A stretch of DNA of 64,000 nucleotides from assembly GCA_965237745.1 (NCBI GenBank), contig OZ250156.1, positions 3,809,426 through 3,873,425 of the forward strand. Reading direction: 5' to 3'. Origin of the DNA: Dehalococcoidia bacterium (GTDB lineage Bacteria; Chloroflexota; Dehalococcoidia; Lucifugimonadales; UBA3495). A program made the translations under genes and the position numbers. The notes beneath the pieces were generated by a model that worked only from the letters and a program-made list of their open reading frames with translations, searched no databases and was not told the origin of the DNA. This document shows, piece by piece, positions 46,612 to 55,247 of the stretch (its first letter is position 1; every line of letters starts with the position of its first letter).

Positions 46612-48054
46612 CTACACCGAGGTCTGCGTTATCACTCTCGGCGCGACCTTGCGGGAGAGCCAGCGGCCGTCACCGGAGCTTCCGTGCAGTTGGCCGTCGC
46701 GGACTATGACCTTGCCGCGGAGCATGGTCATTATCGGGTAGCCCTCGCACCGGAATCCGTCCCAGATGGAGTAATCGGACTCGGCGTGGAGGTCGTTGAC
46801 CGTTATCGTCTTCTTCAGGTTGGGGTCGAAGATTACGATGTCAGCATCGCTGCCCGCGGCGATGGCGCCCTTCTGCGGGTACATTCCGAGGATCTTGGCG
46901 GCGTTGGTGGATGTGACGGCGGCAAACCGCTCCAAGCCGATGCGCCCGGTGGACACCAGTTTGGTATAGGTGACCGGCATCCGGGTCTCGATACCGTTGT
47001 GGCCGCCGCAGAGGGTGCGGATGGTGTCGCCGGCGAGCTTGATGTTCTTGTAGGTGGTCCACTCGTCGGTGGCGGTGGTGCAGATGGGGCCGTCGACCAG
47101 ACCCTGCTGCAGGGCGTCCCGGTCGTCAGAGAACTTGATGGCCGGATAGGTGTGGATGGCCAGGCCGTCGGGTTCAAGGTAGTCGTCGCAGGTGAACTGC
47201 AGGTAGTTGTGCAGAGCTTCGCCGTAGACTGGCAGTTGCCCAGCGCGGGCCTCGGCGATGGCAGCGACGCCCTCCTTGGCCGTGGCGTGGACGAAATAGA
47301 TGCCGGTCTCGGTACTCTGGGCCAGCCGGATGACCTTGCGGAAAGAGATGTCCTCGGAAATGTTGTTGTGGGCCAAGTGCAGGTTGGAGCCATGGTCGCG
47401 GCCCTCGCGCTCCAGCTTGTCCTCCATGTAGGTTACGATGTCGTCCTCTTCGGCGTGAACCGCCATGATTCCGCCTTGCTTGCCGACTTCCTGGAAAATC
47501 TCCCACAGATGCCCCATGGGTACGCGGGCGTGGAAGGTGGTGAAAATCTTGAAGCTGGCGACGCCCGACTGAATCGCTTCGCCAATCTCGCCCAAGGTGC
47601 TGGGCGGAATCGCGCCGGCGAGTATGTAATGGAAGGTGTAGTCGGTGTAGGAGTGGCCCCGGAAGATATCCCGCCTCGCTTCGATTTGCCCCATTATCGG
47701 ATCGTCGGGCGGGACGGCCCCCGGAGTCAGGGGCAGCGCTCCAGCGAAGTCGACGTAGGTGGTGACACCACCGAAGGCGGCGGCGCGGCTTGCAGCCTCG
47801 GGCGGCTGAGTGAAGACACCGGTCTCGCCTCCGGCCCAGTAGTCGGGCACCGGTACGTTGATGTGAGTGTGAGGCTCGATGCCGCCGGGCAAAACGATCA
47901 TGCCCGTAGCGTCGATGGTTTCCGCCGCGCCCACATCGTCCAGCGCGCCGGGAGTGGCCACCGCCGCAATCTGCTCTCCCTGAATACCTACGTCCAATAG
48001 GGCCGCGCCCTCAGGGGCAACCACAGTCCCACCCTTGATGATCAAATCCAGCAT
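46612..48054 (-). CDS. Dihydropyrimidinase / D-hydantoinase (cyclic amidohydrolase)
   Basis: Start at MLDLIIKGGTVV, preceded by GGGAGG. ...VLPGGIEPHTHINVP (HxH) ..., ...SFKIFTTF (carboxylated Lys context), ...VHAEE... and ...GSDADIVIFDP. Confidence 0.88.
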   Translation of the reverse strand: MLDLIIKGGTVVAPEGAALLDVGIQGEQIAAVATPGALDDVGAAETIDATGMIVLPGGIEPHTHINVPVPDYWAGGETGVFTQPPEAASRAAAFGGVTTYVDFAGALPLTPGAVPPDDPIMGQIEARRDIFRGHSYTDYTFHYILAGAIPPSTLGEIGEAIQSGVASFKIFTTFHARVPMGHLWEIFQEVGKQGGIMAVHAEEDDIVTYMEDKLEREGRDHGSNLHLAHNNISEDISFRKVIRLAQSTETGIYFVHATAKEGVAAIAEARAGQLPVYGEALHNYLQFTCDDYLEPDGLAIHTYPAIKFSDDRDALQQGLVDGPICTTATDEWTTYKNIKLAGDTIRTLCGGHNGIETRMPVTYTKLVSTGRIGLERFAAVTSTNAAKILGMYPQKGAIAAGSDADIVIFDPNLKKTITVNDLHAESDYSIWDGFRCEGYPIMTMLRGKVIVRDGQLHGSSGDGRWLSRKVAPRVITQTSV

Positions 48055-48113
48055 AATTGCCTCCCGCCCAGCGATTTGGCAGCCTCTTGCCGGTTGTTCC
48101 AAATATGGCGAAC

Positions 48114-48821
48114 TTACTTTATGACCGGAATCTCTATCTCTTCGTCGAGGGTTGCCGGAATCCACGCTGACAAGAGCGTCTCAAGTTCGCCTCGACACTC
48201 CTCCAAGCGATGCTCGGCATCCTCGAACAGCACCAGTTCCTTCGGTTCCTTCGCCCACTCGTAAATCTGCAAGGAGCAGGAGAAAGGCAGGCGAGTGTCA
48301 GCCTTGCCGTGGGCGACCAGCAGCTTCCTGGGTGCGATCTGCCCAGCCATCCCGGCGCCATAGGTCTGCGGGGACAATGAGATAACTCCCTTTATGTGGG
48401 GGCTGGTAGCGCCCGCCGCAATGACCACGGCGCCACCGAAAGAGTGCCCGACCACGACGACCGGTCCGTATCCGTTGTCCTGAAGATAGCCGACGCCAAC
48501 CTGCAGGTCCAGCACGCACTCCAGCAGGTCGTTGGGGAACCGATAGTCCAACCGCAGTGAGGTTATGCCCTGGCCAGTCAGTAGTTCCGACATCTGGGCA
48601 TAAACGCCGGGGCCCGGACCGACGAAGCCGCCCCGGGCGCCGCACACCCAGATGACGGCTCGGTTTGCTCCCTCGGCCCTGTGTATGATGCCGCTGAACT
48701 CACCACGGTTGGTGTGAAACTTGAGTCCCTCACCGATGTCCCCGTATGGCAGGGATGCATCGGACACCCTGAACAACTGGATAAGGTCGGCGGCGGATTC
48801 TGGTTTCTGCCCTGTTGCCAT
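48114..48821 (-). CDS. Alpha/beta hydrolase (dienelactone hydrolase-like)
   Basis: Nucleophile elbow VVVVGHSFGGAVV; ...HGKADTRLP...EDAEHRL. Confidence 0.8.
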   Translation of the reverse strand: MATGQKPESAADLIQLFRVSDASLPYGDIGEGLKFHTNRGEFSGIIHRAEGANRAVIWVCGARGGFVGPGPGVYAQMSELLTGQGITSLRLDYRFPNDLLECVLDLQVGVGYLQDNGYGPVVVVGHSFGGAVVIAAGATSPHIKGVISLSPQTYGAGMAGQIAPRKLLVAHGKADTRLPFSCSLQIYEWAKEPKELVLFEDAEHRLEECRGELETLLSAWIPATLDEEIEIPVIK

Positions 48822-48830
48822 ATTTCTTAC

Positions 48831-49676
48831 CTACCGCAGGAAGTCCGCCAAGGCGGCGTTGAACTCTTCGGGGTTGTCCTCGAACACCATGTGCGCGGCC
48901 TTCTCAACGTGAACCAAGCGGCCGTCGGCCAACGTGTCCACCATCCTGTTGGCGACATCGAGGCTCAGCGTGTCGGTCTCGGTACCGCGAACAATGAGGG
49001 TGGGGCAGCTCACCTTGCTCAGCGTACCCCACAGGTCGGGTGGGGGGGCGCCGGTGCCGTCACGACGCTGTGCGCGGATCTCCGGATCATAGCGCCATCC
49101 GATCTTGCCGCCGGACAATTCCTTTGAGGCGTACTTGAGCCTGCGGCGCAGCACCGGCTCTGAGGCGAATCGGTTCTGCTGGTTCATGTATTGAAACAGG
49201 GCCTCAAAGTCGTCGAACTCCTGGGGGACGTCCACCAACTCGCGGGTGATGCGGGTTGACCCGGTAGGGTCGATTTCCGGGCCGATGTCCACAATGACGA
49301 GATTCTCCAGCATCCCGGGGTTGCGTCCGGCGAACGCCATGCTGTTCCGCCCACCCATTGAGTGCCCTACAAGGGTGAACTTCTCGATGCCAACGGTGTA
49401 GCAGAATTCCTCTACGTCAGCCACAAAGGCATCGGTGGAGTAGTCGCCGCGCGGCGCCCAGTCGGTTTCGCCGCGACCCCGCTGGTCCAGGGCCAAGACG
49501 CGGTAGTCGCCGCGGAAGCGAGCCGAAACGTCGTCCCACGAGTGGCAGTGGCCGCGAAGCCCGTGGAGCATCAGCATCACTGGCGCGCCTTCATTGCCCC
49601 AGTCGAGATAATGGAGGTTCATTCCATTGGCGGTAATCATCACATCGGTGGGCTGCACTGTTGTGGTCATAATCAA
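48831..49676 (-). CDS. Alpha/beta hydrolase
   Basis: ...VMLMLHGLRGH..., nucleophile elbow LVGHSMGG, and ...HVEKAAHMVFEDNP. Confidence 0.85.
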   Translation of the reverse strand: MIMTTTVQPTDVMITANGMNLHYLDWGNEGAPVMLMLHGLRGHCHSWDDVSARFRGDYRVLALDQRGRGETDWAPRGDYSTDAFVADVEEFCYTVGIEKFTLVGHSMGGRNSMAFAGRNPGMLENLVIVDIGPEIDPTGSTRITRELVDVPQEFDDFEALFQYMNQQNRFASEPVLRRRLKYASKELSGGKIGWRYDPEIRAQRRDGTGAPPPDLWGTLSKVSCPTLIVRGTETDTLSLDVANRMVDTLADGRLVHVEKAAHMVFEDNPEEFNAALADFLR

Positions 49677-49781
49677 TCTCCAGCAGATATTGCTTTCTTG
49701 TGGCGCGGGGATATGGAGAGGTTACCGTGGGGTCTACCACCCTGTCATCATCATCCCACTTGGACATGTATATCATCACCT

Positions 49782-49817
49782 TGGAAAGGTCGGTGGAAAG
49801 GTCGGTGGAAAGGTCGG
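49782..49817. repeat. 12-bp perfect tandem repeat x3 (GGAAAGGTCGGT)
   Basis: Read directly. In the minus-strand remnant frame it encodes (TDLS)x3. Confidence 0.95.
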
Positions 49818-49874
49818 TGAACTCGCCGGCGTCCATAATCTCGAAGCCGCCCAATTGACCATCGAGATCTGAGT

Positions 49875-49896
49875 CGGCTATCACACGGCTATCACA
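49875..49896. repeat. 11-bp perfect tandem duplication (CGGCTATCACA x2)
   Basis: Read directly: 49875-49885 equals 49886-49896. It creates the premature stop in the DUF2283-like gene. Confidence 0.95.
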
Positions 49897-50011
49897 CTTG
49901 GAAGAATCTCCTCTGATACCCCGATTCGTTTGAACTCGAAGTCGTTTGTCAGAATATCCGCCTGAGCGTCATAGGCTATTCTCATACAAGGGCACTCCAA
50001 CAGGCACCGGG

Positions 50012-50250
50012 CTATGGTCGTAATCGATCGTAAATTAATGCCGCTATTATTGTTTCGCCATCAGGATCAAAGACAACTCGAACTTTACGCACAAGCTCTG
50101 GAACGCATCACCACTATCTGGTGCGGCCATCGCCCTGCACTTCCGCTTGGGCCGGATTATTCACCACCCGAATGGCTTGGTCAAGGGAAACGGGCCGTCC
50201 GGCGCGATCCCGAGTGTAATAGACTGCAAATCCTACGAGTTTGTGGAGGG
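50012..50250 (-). pseudogene. DUF4258-like gene remnant with two in-frame stop codons and no start
   Basis: Minus-strand frame: ...LHKLVGFAVYYTRDRAGRPVSLDQAIRVVNNPAQAEVQGDGRTR*W*CVPELVRKVRVVFDPDGETIIAALIYDRLRP*. The internal stops are TAG at 50114-50116 and TGA at 50108-50110. There is no ATG/GTG/TTG between the cobI stop (50254) and the conserved region. Confidence 0.5.
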
Positions 50251-50253
50251 GCT

Positions 50254-50958
50254 CTACCGCTTGATGATCAGCAGCGAGAAGTAGTCCAGGTCTTCGGCGG
50301 TTAGCTTGCTGATGTCGTGGATCACCCGCTCGCTGGCGGTGCTGGCCTGGCGGACGTATATGGCGTGCCCAGCCAGACCCAGGCTCTCGAGGTTGGCCAA
50401 GGCTCGCATCAGGTTCTGGTCGGTTTCCATCAGCACTATGGTGTCGTAGTTGGTGATTGCTTCCCGCAGGTCGTCTATGCCGTGTACTGCCGGCAGGATT
50501 GCGAGCCGCTGGCCCTGCGTGACCAGCGGGATGCCGGAACTGGCGGCGGCGGCCATCACGGACGGCACGCCCGGCACAACCTCGACCTCCACACCGGTAA
50601 TTTCAGACTGCAAAAAGTCAATGAGATGAGGAAATTCGCTGTACAGCATCGGGTCGCCCTCTGTTATGAAAGCAACGTCGCGCCCCTCGCGCAGCTCAGC
50701 TCCGATGCGTAAGGCGGCCTCACTCCAGGTGCCGGGTCCGATGGGTGAGTCGTCGGAGGGGATTGAAATAGGCTGCAACTGGGTGCCCTCTGCCAAGAGG
50801 CTTTGCACCACGCCCAAGGCGAAACTGGGGGCGCCGTTGTCCAACTGGGTGTAACAGATAACGCCAATTTGCTGCAACAGCCGCTGGGCGCGAACCGTCA
50901 GCAGCTCGGGATCACCAGGGCCCACGCCCAATCCATAGAAACGGCCGAAAGTTGCCAC
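50254..50958 (-). CDS. cobI: Precorrin-2 / cobalt-factor-II C20-methyltransferase (tetrapyrrole methylase family)
   Basis: ...FYGLGVGPGDPELLTVRAQRLLQQ...AFITEGDPMLYS...VVPGVPSVMAAAA..., the CobI/CbiL pattern. Confidence 0.75.
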   Translation of the reverse strand: MATFGRFYGLGVGPGDPELLTVRAQRLLQQIGVICYTQLDNGAPSFALGVVQSLLAEGTQLQPISIPSDDSPIGPGTWSEAALRIGAELREGRDVAFITEGDPMLYSEFPHLIDFLQSEITGVEVEVVPGVPSVMAAAASSGIPLVTQGQRLAILPAVHGIDDLREAITNYDTIVLMETDQNLMRALANLESLGLAGHAIYVRQASTASERVIHDISKLTAEDLDYFSLLIIKR

Positions 50959-50966
50959 ATTTCCAC

Positions 50967-53438
50967 CTATTGCACCACTACATTGACCAGACGGCCGGGA
51001 ACATAGACCGTCTTGTTGACCGTCTTGCCGTCAAGGAAGCTCTGCACCCGCGGGCTGGACAGGGCAAGCTCCTGAGCCTCCGATTCGGGAATGCCAACCG
51101 GCACCTCCAGCTTGTCCCGCACCTTGCCGTTGACCTGCACCACCAGGGTGAAGACCTCGTCGGCGGCCAGATCTTCGTCCCACCCTGGGAACTCCTGCTG
51201 GTGAATGCTGTACGCGCCACCGGTGCGCTCCCACAGCTCCTCGGTCATGTGCGGAGCCATCGGGGCCAGCATCAGCAGCAGTTTCCCGACGCATTCGCTC
51301 CACAATTCCGGATCTACGCTTCCCTCAGCCCACACCCTGTTGAGGTGGTTGGTCAGTTCCATCATCGAGGCGATGGCGGTGTTGAACTTGAAACGATCCA
51401 AGTCGCTGTAGCACTTTCGCACGGTTTGATGAAGCAGCCGCCGTGTATCACGCGAGGCCAAACCATCCGAGCCCTCCAGGGAGGTGGCGTCACGGCCGGC
51501 AATGTCCCATACGCGATTGAGCCACCGGGCGACGCCGTTGATGCCCTCGCCGCTCCACGGGCCGCCGTGGTCCCAGGGTCCGATAAACATGAGAAAGCAC
51601 CGGACGGCGTCGGCGCCCATGATGCCGACGACATCGTCGGGGTTGACCACGTTGCCCCTGCTCTTGCTCATCTTCTCGTGGTCCTGTCCCAAGATCACTC
51701 CCTGGTTGAACAGGCGCAGGAAAGGCTCCTCGAAATCCACCACGCCCATATCATGAAGGGCCTTGATGAAAAATCGGGAGTAGAGCAGGTGCATCACAGC
51801 GTGCTCCGCTCCGCCGGTGTACTGGTCCACGGGGAGCCAGGACTTGGCCAAGTCCGGGTCCACAGGACCATCGGAGTAGTTGGGGCTGAGGTACCGCATC
51901 ATGTACCAGGACGAGTCCATGAAGGTGTCCATAGTGTCGGTCTCGCGCTTAGCCGGGTCGCCGCATATATGGCATTTGGTGTTGACGAAGTCGGCGCTGG
52001 CAGCGAGTGGCGACTCGCCGGTGGGCTTGAATTCGGCGTCCTGTGGCAGCAGCACGGGTAGATCATCCTCCCGGACCGGCAGCACCCCGCAATTGCCGCA
52101 GTAAATCATGGGTATGGGAGTGCCCCAATAGCGCTGGCGGGAGATGAGCCAGTCGCGGATGCGGTACGAAACGGTGCGCTTGCCCCACCCGGACTTTTCA
52201 ACGTCATCGGATATCGCCGCGACACCCTCCTCGTTGGTCATGCCATCGTACGGGCCAGAGGAGGTCATGAAGCCGTCGCCGAGGTAGGCTTCTCTCAGCT
52301 CGCTGCCATCCCAGGAAATGGGGGCTATCACCTGCCGGATGGGCAGGCGGTATTTTCGGGCAAACTCGAAGTCTCGCGAATCGTGGGCCGGCACCCCCAT
52401 CACCGCACCGGTGCCGTAGGTCATCAGCGCGTAGTCGCTGATAAAGATGGGCACCCGCTCGTAGTTGAGCCGGTTTATCGCGTAGCTGCCGGTAAAAACA
52501 CCGGTCTTTTCCTTGTCTGCAGAAAGACGATCAATCTCGGAGGTGCGACGGGCTCGGGCAACGTACTCCTCAACCTCCAATTTGTGCTGCGGGATGGTAA
52601 TTCTTTCCACCAGCGGATGCTCGGGAGCCAGCACTATGAAGGTCACGCCGAAAATGGTGTCGATACGGGTCGTGAAGGTGGGGATTTCCCTCTCCTCCAG
52701 GCCGAGGGACGAAATATCGAAGCTGATTTCAACGCCGATGCTCTTCCCGATCCAGTTGTTCTGCATGGTCAGGATCTTTTCGGGCCACTCTTCGAGGCCG
52801 CCGAAATCCAGCAACCGGTCGGCGTAATCGGTGATGCGGAAGAACCACTGCTCGAGGTCCCGCCGGGTGACCACCGTGTCGCAACGCTCGCAGGCCCCGT
52901 TCAGCACCTGCTCGTTGGCCAGGACGGTGATGCAGGAGGGGCACCAGACCACAGGGGCGTTGGCGCGATAGGCCAGCCCCTTTTCGTAGAGCTTCAGGAA
53001 GAACCACTGGTTCCATCGGTAATATTCAGGGACGCAGCAAACGACCTCGCGGTCCCAATCGTAAATCGCGCCGATGGAACGCAGTTGTCGCCGCATATTC
53101 TCGATGTTGTCCATGGTCCACTCATAGGGGTGGATACCACGGCTGATGGCGGCGTTTTCTGCTGGCAACCCAAAGGCGTCGAACCCGATCGGGTGAAGCA
53201 CGTTGTACCCCTGCATCCGGCGGAAGCGTGCATGGGCATCCGCGGGGGCCATGGCGTACCAGTGGCCGATGTGCAGGTCGCCGGAGGGATAGGGATACAT
53301 GGTCATCTCGAACCACTTGGGCCGGGTATCGTGGTCCGGCACCTTGTGGAGTTCGTCCCTTTCCCAGCGCTCCTGCCATTTCTGGTCTATAGCTACGGGA
53401 TCAAACCCCAACTCAACCTGTCTTGAACCCGTCGTCAT
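50967..53438 (-). CDS. leuS: Leucine--tRNA ligase
   Basis: 823 aa with ...YPYPSGDLHIGHWY (HIGH), the CP1 editing domain, ...KMSKSRGNVV (KMSKS) and the C-terminal anticodon-binding region. Confidence 0.97.
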   Translation of the reverse strand: MTTGSRQVELGFDPVAIDQKWQERWERDELHKVPDHDTRPKWFEMTMYPYPSGDLHIGHWYAMAPADAHARFRRMQGYNVLHPIGFDAFGLPAENAAISRGIHPYEWTMDNIENMRRQLRSIGAIYDWDREVVCCVPEYYRWNQWFFLKLYEKGLAYRANAPVVWCPSCITVLANEQVLNGACERCDTVVTRRDLEQWFFRITDYADRLLDFGGLEEWPEKILTMQNNWIGKSIGVEISFDISSLGLEEREIPTFTTRIDTIFGVTFIVLAPEHPLVERITIPQHKLEVEEYVARARRTSEIDRLSADKEKTGVFTGSYAINRLNYERVPIFISDYALMTYGTGAVMGVPAHDSRDFEFARKYRLPIRQVIAPISWDGSELREAYLGDGFMTSSGPYDGMTNEEGVAAISDDVEKSGWGKRTVSYRIRDWLISRQRYWGTPIPMIYCGNCGVLPVREDDLPVLLPQDAEFKPTGESPLAASADFVNTKCHICGDPAKRETDTMDTFMDSSWYMMRYLSPNYSDGPVDPDLAKSWLPVDQYTGGAEHAVMHLLYSRFFIKALHDMGVVDFEEPFLRLFNQGVILGQDHEKMSKSRGNVVNPDDVVGIMGADAVRCFLMFIGPWDHGGPWSGEGINGVARWLNRVWDIAGRDATSLEGSDGLASRDTRRLLHQTVRKCYSDLDRFKFNTAIASMMELTNHLNRVWAEGSVDPELWSECVGKLLLMLAPMAPHMTEELWERTGGAYSIHQQEFPGWDEDLAADEVFTLVVQVNGKVRDKLEVPVGIPESEAQELALSSPRVQSFLDGKTVNKTVYVPGRLVNVVVQ

Positions 53439-53550
53439 CGAAAAGTCACCTCGAATCGGCTGTGGGACTAGATTATATCAGTATAGCCGAACCACTTCCC
53501 GGCCACGCGGCAAAAATCCATGGCCGTTAGTCAAGGAATCCCGGCAGTGC

Positions 53551-53580
53551 GGGCAATTGACAGTCAGGGCAATTGACAGT
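53551..53580 (+). repeat. 14-bp direct repeat x2 (GGGCAATTGACAGT) separated by CA, each carrying TTGACA
   Basis: Read directly: 53551-53564 and 53567-53580. Confidence 0.9.
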
Positions 53581-53601
53581 ACCGGCCGGAAAACCTAAAA
53601 T
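53573..53601 (+). promoter_or_regulatory. Near-consensus sigma70-type promoter upstream of trkH
   Basis: TTGACA (53573-53578), a 17-nt spacer, then TAAAAT (53596-53601). The orientation matches trkH, whose start is ~260 nt downstream. Confidence 0.55.
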
Positions 53602-53862
53602 CCTCGCGCTGGGCCAACTGAGGCTAAAATAGGCCCTGGCGCAGGGCAGGATTTCTTCCGGCCCAGACGTTTGGCATCTCAGCCGTCAACAAAGCGAGCT
53701 CTAAACCGACAATTCCCTCCCAGGCAATTGCTCCACAGTTGAAGCGACCTGAGAACGGAGCCACTTAGATTGGCATCAAACGGGGGTCGCCGGCCCTTAG
53801 ACTCAATAATCCGGCTACCTCGCCTGAGAGACGTTCCGCCCACCGTCCGGTTCAGGGAGACG

Positions 53863-55227
53863 ATGCGGCGTCCCCGTCGGCTGCTGGGTTTTTCTACCAT
53901 CCTCATCTTCGCCTTCGTGTTTCTGATGTCGGCGGGGGCCGGCCTGCTCACGCTGCCCTTCGCTTCCATTTCTGGTGAATCCGCCCCAGTCGAGGTTGCC
54001 TACTTTACGGCCATATCGGCGGTGACGGTCACCGGACACACGGTCGTAAGTACACCAGACTACTGGGCCACCTTCGGCCAGGTGGTTATATTCCTCCTGA
54101 TGTTGGTCGGCGGCCTGGGATTCATGGTTATAAGCACTTTCCTGCTGCTGGTTCTTGGAGATCGCACAACCATTCAGCAGAGAGCGTTGACGCGGGGCCT
54201 GATGAGTGATGCCGCCGGCGTCAAGCAGATGCGGGCTATACGATCTATCGGCAACCGGGTCATCATGATAGTCCTCGGGCTTTATCTGGTCGGCTCCATC
54301 GTTTACTTCGCTCAGATAAACGGTCTTGACGGCGTTGGACATGTGAAAGCCTACTGGTATTCGCTGTTTCTCTCGGTGTCCTCCTTCAATAACGCCGGGT
54401 TCAATATCATTCCCGAGATCGCGCAGGGAAATACGGCCAGGTTCGTCTCCAACCCCATGGTCCTAATCACCATGACCGCCATGATTGCCTTGGGAGGCCT
54501 GGGCTGGGTCACAATGGTGGACGTCTGGAGGCAAAAGCGCTTTTCCAGATTTTCCCTCGACACCAAGCTGGTGGTGGTAACAAGCCTGGGACTTTGGATC
54601 CTGGCCGCGGGGCTGCTGGCCCTGACGGAGTTTCGCAACCCCGACACCATGGGGCCACTGGTATGGGTGGACAGAGTCGTTAACATAGTCTTTCTGTCGG
54701 TCAGCGGACGCACCGCAGGTTTCAGCACCGTCGACTTCGGACAGGTGGCCGACGTCACAAAAATGTCTTTTACTGCTTTGATGTATGTCGGCGGGGCGCC
54801 CGGTTCGGTTGCCGGGGGCATCAAGGTGGTGACGTTCGCCCTGATTGTTGCTGCGGTAATTTCCTCTCTGCGCGGTCGATCTCACGCGGAGGCCTTCGGC
54901 AGGGAGATACAGCAACCCCAGCTTCACCGCGCACTGGCAGTGGCGGTGCTCGCGTTGGGGCTCATCTTCGTCACTGTTATGACGCTGGTTGCAATCGAGC
55001 GTGACGCTCCCTTTCTCCACCTTCTCTTCGACACCGTGTCGGCGCTTGGCACGGTCGGGGCCACAACTGGAATCGTTCCGGATCTGGGGCTTACATCCCA
55101 GTCAATTCTGATGGCAGCAATGTTCACCGGGAGGTTGGGTCCTCTGGTGCTGGCTCTTGCCATGGCTCCCAAGGAGGATGAAGTAGAAGCGTATCGCTTC
55201 GTCCAAGAACAGGTTAGAATAGGTTGA
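53863..55227 (+). CDS. trkH: TrkH/KtrB-family potassium uptake membrane subunit
   Basis: Start at MRRPRRLLGFSTILIF, preceded by AGGGAG. Repeated M1-P-M2 units with ...TVTGHT..., ...SSFNNAGF..., ...SGRTAGFST... and ...SALGTVGAT... selectivity-filter-like glycines. Confidence 0.88.
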   Translation: MRRPRRLLGFSTILIFAFVFLMSAGAGLLTLPFASISGESAPVEVAYFTAISAVTVTGHTVVSTPDYWATFGQVVIFLLMLVGGLGFMVISTFLLLVLGDRTTIQQRALTRGLMSDAAGVKQMRAIRSIGNRVIMIVLGLYLVGSIVYFAQINGLDGVGHVKAYWYSLFLSVSSFNNAGFNIIPEIAQGNTARFVSNPMVLITMTAMIALGGLGWVTMVDVWRQKRFSRFSLDTKLVVVTSLGLWILAAGLLALTEFRNPDTMGPLVWVDRVVNIVFLSVSGRTAGFSTVDFGQVADVTKMSFTALMYVGGAPGSVAGGIKVVTFALIVAAVISSLRGRSHAEAFGREIQQPQLHRALAVAVLALGLIFVTVMTLVAIERDAPFLHLLFDTVSALGTVGATTGIVPDLGLTSQSILMAAMFTGRLGPLVLALAMAPKEDEVEAYRFVQEQVRIG

Positions 55228-55247
55228 CATATTAGCGGAGGAAGAAG

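Larger units (their letters stand above)
49591..49985 (-). pseudogene. DUF2283-like gene disrupted by an 11-bp tandem duplication
   Basis: From ATG at 49985: MRIAYDAQADILTNDFEFKRIGVSEEILPSVIAV*, with the stop at 49881-49883. Removing one copy of the 11-bp unit gives ...SEEILPSVIADSDLDGQLGGFEIMDAGEF, the canonical DUF2283 core. The downstream frame runs into the hydrolase gene start. Confidence 0.65.

Noticed and set aside
53439-53550. T-box leader upstream of leuS
   Set aside because: Only about 80-110 nt lie between a TATAAT-like box and the leuS start, with a GAGGTGA Shine-Dalgarno. I saw no specifier hairpin or T-box sequence, and the region is too short for a T-box.
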